Source: an uncultured Coriobacteriia bacterium
GTDB taxonomy: Bacteria; Actinomycetota; Coriobacteriia; Coriobacteriales; QAMH01
Length of the DNA: 55,691 nucleotides
Assembly: GCA_902478425.1 (NCBI GenBank)
Contig: CABSKV010000001.1
Location: 1-55,691 of the forward strand
Reading direction: 5' to 3'
The notes under the pieces are model-generated. The model did no database searches. It was not told the DNA's origin and saw only the letters and a list, made by a program, of their open reading frames with translations. Made by a program: the position numbers and the translations under genes. Position 1 is the first letter of the stretch. Every line of letters starts with the position of its first letter. Shown here piece after piece: positions 51,007 to 55,691 of this stretch.

Positions 51007-51110
51007 CGCACTGGCAAGCTGCTAAGCGGAGGTCCAAGGGAGCGCGCCGTAAAGACCGCGAAGCGGGCTGTCTGGAAGCGACCGTCGGAGCGATGCAGCT
51101 TGCCAGTGCG
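51007..51110. repeat. Long-range perfect 16-bp inverted repeat in the GT2 leader
   Basis: CGCACTGGCAAGCTGC (51007-51022) is the exact reverse complement of GCAGCTTGCCAGTGCG (51095-51110). The spacer is 72 nt. Confidence 0.9.
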
Positions 51111-51206
51111 AGCCGCATATTGGTTGCGAGAGAAAGTCCGCAATTCGCTCGCCTGAATGCCTCCTTAACTTCACGTGCGCATACTGTGAAGCGATTGGCG
51201 CTTGCT

Positions 51207-51236
51207 ATTCGCTTGCATTACAATGCAACAGCGAAT
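51207..51236. promoter_or_regulatory. Candidate operator: 16-bp perfect palindrome TTGCATTACAATGCAA flanked by ATTCGC/GCGAAT
   Basis: Positions 51213-51228 form a perfect palindrome, and the outer arms extend the dyad (with a 2-nt CA offset on the 3' side). It lies about 40 nt upstream of the GT2 ATG. Confidence 0.3.
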
Positions 51237-51273
51237 CTGCAGACAATACCTGGAGGGGTAGCGCAGCGGGAAT

Positions 51274-52749
51274 ATGGCGACATTCGTCAACACCTTTAAC
51301 CTGTTTCTGTTCTTCGTATTCAGCCTTTGCTACATGTACCAGGCCGTTTATGCCGTCATCGTCTTGGTGAAGGATCATCGGCGCAAGGTCACGCACGTGC
51401 AAGATGCGCCTCTGCACAAGTTCGCGGTGATGATTGCCGGTCGCAACGAGGAGGCCGTCATCGGCGAGCTCGTGCGCAGCATCAAGAACCAGGATTACCC
51501 CGAAGAGCTCATCGACATCTTCGTCATCGCCGACAACTGCACCGATAACACGGCGCAGGTTGCCGAGGAGGCGGGTGCCGAGGTGCTCGTGCGCAATGAC
51601 CGGCTGGTCGTCGGCAAGAGCCATGCGCTCGACTTCGCCCTCAACCGCATCCGCGTGCTCTATGGCGATTGTTCCGGTCGCACCGACTACGATGCGTACT
51701 TCGTCTTCGATGCCGACAACGTGCTCGACCCTGGCTTCGTCGCCGCCATGAATCGCGGCGTAAATCGTGGCTACCAGGTACTCACTTGCTACCGCAACTC
51801 AAAGAACTACGATTCCAACTGGATTTCCGCCGGCAGCGCGCTTTGGTTCCTGCGCGAGGCAAAGTTCCTCTCAAACGCGCGTTACATGATGGGCAACTCG
51901 TGTGCTATCAGCGGCACGGGCTTCATGATCAGCGCCGATATCCTCGAGTCCAATGGCGGCTGGATTCACCATCTGCTCACCGAGGACATCGAGTTCTCGA
52001 CCGACTGCATCGCGCATGGTATCCGCATCGGTTACTGTGCCGATGCCTACGTCTACGACGAGCAGCCCACGACCATGAAGGATTCCTGGCGTCAGCGCAT
52101 GCGTTGGGCAAAGGGCTTCTACCAGGTGCTGCTCAAGTACGGCTCCTTCCTCTTCAACGGCATTTTCCGCGGCAAGCAGGGACGCTTTGCCTGCTATGAC
52201 ATGTTCATGACCATTGCCCCGGCCATGCTGCTCACCTTGGCAGGCGTCGCCGTCAATCTCGTGTTCTGCCTGACGGGCATCGTGCAGATGGCCGGTATCG
52301 CCGCATCGGTGCAGACAGTCGCTGCGAGCACGTCGGGAGCTGCGGGTCTTGCGGCAAGCGATCCCAATTGGTTCTCGATGGCAACTGGCATGATGAGCGG
52401 CTCCATGTTCGAAGGAGACCCGCTGAGTTCCTTTAACGCGAGCCAGGTATCGACCGTGTTGGCCTACGCCGAGGCGCGCGCGACCATCGTCACCTCGGTT
52501 CTCTCGCTCGCCGGGTGCTTCCTGAGCTTTGCGGTCGTCATGCTCGTGTTCGGCACGCTTACGACCATCACCGAGTGGAATCACATCCACGCGAAGAACT
52601 CCGACAAGATCAAGTACCTCTTCACGTTCCCCATCTTCATGCTCACTTACGTCCCCATCGCCCTCATTGCCGTATTCAAGAAGGTCGAGTGGAAGCCGAT
52701 CACGCATAACGTCGTGCGTTCGGTTGCTGACGTCGTGAGTAAGGGATAA
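51274..52749 (+). CDS. Membrane-embedded family-2 glycosyltransferase (processive synthase type: IcaA/PgaC/cellulose-synthase-like)
   Basis: An N-terminal TM helix, a GT-A core (AGRNEEAVIGELVRSIKNQDYP, VIADNCTDNT, FDADN, TEDIEFS), the Q-R-M-R-W motif and about 4 C-terminal TM helices. Confidence 0.85.
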   Translation: MATFVNTFNLFLFFVFSLCYMYQAVYAVIVLVKDHRRKVTHVQDAPLHKFAVMIAGRNEEAVIGELVRSIKNQDYPEELIDIFVIADNCTDNTAQVAEEAGAEVLVRNDRLVVGKSHALDFALNRIRVLYGDCSGRTDYDAYFVFDADNVLDPGFVAAMNRGVNRGYQVLTCYRNSKNYDSNWISAGSALWFLREAKFLSNARYMMGNSCAISGTGFMISADILESNGGWIHHLLTEDIEFSTDCIAHGIRIGYCADAYVYDEQPTTMKDSWRQRMRWAKGFYQVLLKYGSFLFNGIFRGKQGRFACYDMFMTIAPAMLLTLAGVAVNLVFCLTGIVQMAGIAASVQTVAASTSGAAGLAASDPNWFSMATGMMSGSMFEGDPLSSFNASQVSTVLAYAEARATIVTSVLSLAGCFLSFAVVMLVFGTLTTITEWNHIHAKNSDKIKYLFTFPIFMLTYVPIALIAVFKKVEWKPITHNVVRSVADVVSKG

Positions 52750-52777
52750 TCAATCCTTTGCGAATCGAGGAGGCGAA

Positions 52778-53074
52778 ATGAGCAAGCTCAGCCACATCGA
52801 GGATGTGGAGCGACGCGCACAGCAAGAACAAGTGCGTGATGCCCAGGAGCCCCAACCAGACTTTGCGGATCACGGTGCTCCAGAACCACAGGCCGCTCAA
52901 CGTGATTTTACTTCCGAGCAGGGCGATATGAGTGCCGAGCAGGAAGAGGAATTTCACGGGCTCGACTCGACTCAGCCAATGGGAGCAGGACATAAGGCGT
53001 TAATTGTCATTGCAGTTGTCGTCGTCATTGTCGCAATACTGTATATTGTCAATAGCTGGATTCATTTCATATAG
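52778..53074 (+). CDS. Small hypothetical protein: acidic N-terminus plus one C-terminal TM helix
   Basis: SD GAGGAGG lies 5 nt upstream. The 98-aa product carries LIVIAVVVVIVAILYIV near its C-terminus. No homolog was recognised. Confidence 0.5.
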   Translation: MSKLSHIEDVERRAQQEQVRDAQEPQPDFADHGAPEPQAAQRDFTSEQGDMSAEQEEEFHGLDSTQPMGAGHKALIVIAVVVVIVAILYIVNSWIHFI

Positions 53075-53082
53075 GGGCACAT

Positions 53083-54210
53083 ATGGACAAGCGCGAAAAC
53101 GACGAGCAGAGCGAAGTTGAGATTCACCTCTTCACGGAAGAGGACTTCAACGACGATCATGAGGTCGAGGAAACCGTTAAGGAAGATATAACGGTCGACT
53201 TCGGCGAGGCCGCCGAGTCCATGCTCGATGACATCAAGTCCGACAGCTCCTATACCATGCATGCCTCGGTGAGCGACGACGACTTTGAGCCGGGCGAGGT
53301 GTCCTCCGATGACGTTGTCAATGTCGACGATGTCATTGTGGATCATGGCGAGGGCGAACGCCTTGCCGAAAACGCCGATCTGGACGAGCTTCCCGATTCC
53401 ATCAACATCACCGAGCAGGAGACGATTGCATACGTCGAGGACGACGAAGAGGAAGTTTCGGCCGAACGCGCTGCGCGTAGCAGACGCCGTCTGCGCAACT
53501 TGCTTTTTTTCTTCATCATAATCTTGCTGGTGCTCATCGCCGTGATCGGCTTGTTCATCTGGCGCAATAGCACGCCCCCTGACGTCAAGCAGCCAGATTC
53601 CGATGTCCTGCAGACTTCCACGGCCGGTACGAACGCGACGCAGTTCCAGGCAATCGAGGCTGACCGTATCCCCGATCTGGTCACGTACTTTGGCATGACG
53701 CCGGAGGCGGCCGCCGAGGCAAGTGGCAGCTCGATTTCCCTTGACGCCGAAGCGACGCGCGCTACGGACGCGAGCTTGCCCAACGTCGTGAAGACGCGCA
53801 ACGGCTGGCTTGTGGGTTCCAATGGCGAGACGCTCGCAAGCATCACCTTCGGCCTCAACGGGGAAGGCAACATCAACTACATCTTCGCGTCGTTCGACCT
53901 CGACGCCTTTGGCGTGGCCGATGCCAAGTTCGACGAGCTCGCTGCTTCCAAGATAGTCGCCTCCTCCATACTCGAGGGCATTGGGCTGGATAAGGCCGCC
54001 GTCGAATCTGCGCAACTCACCATCACCGAGAACCCCCAGGCAGTGCTTTCGCGCGATACCTCCGGCCAGGAAGTCGCCGAGTTCACGGGCCCCACTAACA
54101 TCGAGGGCGGTCCCGCGACCTGGAAGGTGACCGAAACCTACGACCATACGGCAGGTGTCACCCTTGGCGATAACAGCGTCATTCGCACGTTGAGCGTCGA
54201 CCTGCGATAA
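53083..54210 (+). CDS. Hypothetical bitopic membrane protein (acidic ~135-aa N-terminal region, one TM helix, ~210-aa extracytoplasmic domain)
   Basis: The start lies 8 nt after the previous stop. It contains RRRLRNLLFFFIIILLVLIAVIGLFIW. No family was recognised. Confidence 0.6.
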   Translation: MDKRENDEQSEVEIHLFTEEDFNDDHEVEETVKEDITVDFGEAAESMLDDIKSDSSYTMHASVSDDDFEPGEVSSDDVVNVDDVIVDHGEGERLAENADLDELPDSINITEQETIAYVEDDEEEVSAERAARSRRRLRNLLFFFIIILLVLIAVIGLFIWRNSTPPDVKQPDSDVLQTSTAGTNATQFQAIEADRIPDLVTYFGMTPEAAAEASGSSISLDAEATRATDASLPNVVKTRNGWLVGSNGETLASITFGLNGEGNINYIFASFDLDAFGVADAKFDELAASKIVASSILEGIGLDKAAVESAQLTITENPQAVLSRDTSGQEVAEFTGPTNIEGGPATWKVTETYDHTAGVTLGDNSVIRTLSVDLR

Positions 54211-54233
54211 GCACGAGATAGGCAAATTATTCC

Positions 54234-54262
54234 TTGCATGTGCCCATGGGCACGTGTAAACT
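54234..54262 (+). promoter_or_regulatory. Candidate promoter of infC-rpmI-rplT with a 14-bp perfect palindrome in the spacer
   Basis: TTGCAT-N17-TAAACT. The spacer contains GTGCCCATGGGCAC (54240-54253), which is self-complementary. Confidence 0.4.
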
Positions 54263-54374
54263 ATGCGTCCGTATCTACGAAGTGAAGGTGCGCAAGCTAC
54301 CTTCCACCTTTCGACGAGCAAGCGCTCAGTTGTCTGGTCACTTACAATTCGCCCCTCGGGGGTCTTTGTGTGTG

Positions 54375-54407
54375 CCTGTCGGCTGAATGCAGCTCGGCAG
54401 GTTTTTT
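54375..54407 (+). terminator. Leader terminator/attenuator hairpin immediately upstream of the infC SD
   Basis: CCTGTCGGCTG-AATG-CAGCTCGGCAGG forms 7+4 bp with a 1-nt bulge, then TTTTTT. The AGGAGG SD begins 4 nt later. Confidence 0.55.
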
Positions 54408-54424
54408 ATTAGGAGGTGTTTGTC

Positions 54425-54979
54425 ATAGCAGCTCAAGACACACGGATCAACGGTGAGATTCATGCGCCGCAGCTTCTCGTCATCGGTGTCGATGGCACCA
54501 AGTACGAGATGGCCAACGATGCGGCACAACGCTTTGCCGAAGACCAGGGTCTCGATCTGGTAGAGGTCGCTCCCAACGCCGACCCGCCCGTTTGCCGCGT
54601 CATGGATTACGGCAAGTACAAGTACGAGCAGGCGGTCAAGGCCAAGAAGGCGCGCAAGAACCAGACCAAGATCGAAGTCAAGGAGATGAAGTTCCGCCCC
54701 AAGATCGACACGGGCGATTACGAGACCAAGAAGGGCCACGTGCTTCGTTTCCTTTCCAAGGGCAACAAGGTCAAGATCACCATCATGTTCCGCGGTCGCG
54801 AGATGGCCCATCCCGAGCAGGGTCTGACCATTCTCGAGAGGCTCGCTGACGACCTCAAGGACCTCGCCGTCGTAGAACAGCAGCCAAAGATGGAGGGGCG
54901 CAACATGCACATGATGGTCGCGCCGCTTCTCAAGGACGCACGCAAGAATTCCACCAAGGAAAGCGAAGACAAGGAGTAA
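54425..54979 (+). CDS. infC: Translation initiation factor IF-3 (probable non-canonical ATA start)
   Basis: Contains [33 protein letters not shown] and a C-domain ([12 protein letters not shown]). An in-frame TAG lies at 54410. The only codons between it and the conserved N-domain are GAG, GTG (54416, inside the SD), TTT, GTC, ATA and following sense codons, none of them ATG. ATA 54425 lies 8 nt after AGGAGG. Confidence 0.9.
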   Translation: MAAQDTRINGEIHAPQLLVIGVDGTKYEMANDAAQRFAEDQGLDLVEVAPNADPPVCRVMDYGKYKYEQAVKAKKARKNQTKIEVKEMKFRPKIDTGDYETKKGHVLRFLSKGNKVKITIMFRGREMAHPEQGLTILERLADDLKDLAVVEQQPKMEGRNMHMMVAPLLKDARKNSTKESEDKE

Positions 54980-54984
54980 GCACC

Positions 54985-55182
54985 ATGCCTAAGATGAAGA
55001 CCCACAAGGGCACTGCCAAGCGCTTCCGCACCACGGGGTCGGGCAAGATCATGCGTGGCAAGGCATTCAAGAGCCACATCATGACCAAGAAGTCCCAGAA
55101 GCGTAAGCGCAACTTCCGTCACGAGACCGAGGTTGCCCCCGCCGACGTGAAGGTCATCAAGAAGAATCTGGGCAAGGCGTAA
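54985..55182 (+). CDS. rpmI: 50S ribosomal protein L35
   Basis: Begins [26 protein letters not shown] is AAGGAG. Confidence 0.96.
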   Translation: MPKMKTHKGTAKRFRTTGSGKIMRGKAFKSHIMTKKSQKRKRNFRHETEVAPADVKVIKKNLGKA

Positions 55183-55230
55183 AGCGCGCAAGCCCGTATC
55201 CGTTTCAGTTGTTAGTAGGAGTTGATAAAC

Positions 55231-55587
55231 ATGGCACGTGTCAAGCGCGCAGTTAACGCCAAGAAGAAGCGCCGCACCGTATTCAAACGCGCAAAGGGTT
55301 ACTACGGCGCCAAGTCCCGTCAGTATCGCGCCGCCAAAGAGCAGGTCCAGCATTCGCTGCAGTACGCCTACCGCGACCGTCGCAACAAGAAGCGCGAGAT
55401 TCGCCGTCTGTGGATCACCCGCATCAACGCGGCCGCGCGCATCCATGGCCTGTCCTATTCGGTCTTCATGCATGGCCTCAAGGTTGCCGGCATCGAGCTC
55501 GATCGCAAGGTGCTCGCCGACATGGCCGTCAACGACCCGCAGGGCTTTGCCGAGCTGTGCAAGATCGCCCAGAAGGCCGCTGCATAG
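55231..55587 (+). CDS. rplT: 50S ribosomal protein L20
   Basis: Begins [33 protein letters not shown]. The ATG lies 9 nt after AGGAG. The ORF-track start at 55222 (TTG) sits immediately 3' of the SD, too close to use it. Confidence 0.96.
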   Translation: MARVKRAVNAKKKRRTVFKRAKGYYGAKSRQYRAAKEQVQHSLQYAYRDRRNKKREIRRLWITRINAAARIHGLSYSVFMHGLKVAGIELDRKVLADMAVNDPQGFAELCKIAQKAAA

Positions 55588-55618
55588 ATCCGCGAAGCGA
55601 CTTATTTGCCAGAAGCGA

Positions 55619-55649
55619 GGCGCCCCTTTCCATGGGGCGTCTTCTTTTT
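55619..55649 (+). terminator. Intrinsic terminator after rplT
   Basis: An 8-bp stem (GGCGCCCC/GGGGCGTC) with a 7-nt loop is followed by TTCTTTTT. Confidence 0.7.
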
Positions 55650-55691
55650 GCTACGTTTCTCGCCTCCTGGCTACTGCAAGCCGTCACAGCT

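Noticed and set aside
50994-51273. Assigning the GT2 leader to a known riboswitch class (c-di-GMP-I/II, Mn, Mg, ykkC)
   Set aside because: I could not find the conserved core motifs of these classes by eye. It is reported only as an unexplained structured element.
1-55691. CRISPR arrays, rRNA genes, IS elements, integrases and prophage genes
   Set aside because: I scanned for regularly spaced direct repeats, 16S/23S/5S signatures and transposase or recombinase motifs in the ORF track, and found none. The only repeat family is the short palindromic AATGAGACA element.

Overview
This is a GC-rich contig end (third codon positions mostly G/C, many GTG/TTG starts, strong GGAGG Shine-Dalgarno sites). 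Gene content suggests a Gram-positive anaerobe, probably a Coriobacteriia-class actinobacterium: rapZ-yvcK-whiA, murT-gatD and a membrane-bound group-1 [NiFe] uptake hydrogenase. That taxonomic call is inference only. Nucleotides 1-48 are not biological; they are an Illumina Nextera adapter (P7 tail, 8-nt index, read-2/mosaic-end sequence). The remainder holds about 50 tightly packed CDS, one tmRNA, one tRNA-Thr(CGT) and several clear intrinsic terminators. Most genes are housekeeping:
- transport and repair: two ABC exporter half-pairs, a HAD hydrolase, a cluster-less MutY-like glycosylase and uvrC
- metabolism and cell wall: pheA, a WecA/TagO-type GT4, proA-nadD-yqeK-rsfS, murT-gatD, aroK, rdgB-rph-murI-pepF, obg-proB and gap
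- hydrogenase: hyaABC, with the hyaD protease transcribed separately
- translation and RNA: rplM-rpsI, smpB, rsmI-metG-tatD, rsmA and infC-rpmI-rplT

The stretch that looks accessory and most novel is a four-gene plus-strand operon at 30042-37061, directly downstream of ssrA and tRNA-Thr. It encodes a SAM methyltransferase, a cytoplasmic BspA-type LRR protein, a DUF2201-type protein (degenerate zincin, acidic linker, vWA) and a MoxR/AAA_5 ATPase fused to a second, paralogous methyltransferase domain.

Other points worth a second look:
- a family of AATGAGACA...TGTCTCATT palindromic intergenic repeats (4 copies)
- an HTH-less LysR paralog next to a paaK-like ligase and a full-length LysR
- an infC leader with a promoter-embedded palindrome, an attenuator hairpin and a likely ATA start codon
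- a long-range inverted repeat in the leader of a GT2 synthase operon
- several proteins with long acidic disordered extensions

No CRISPR array, integrase, transposase or rRNA was seen.
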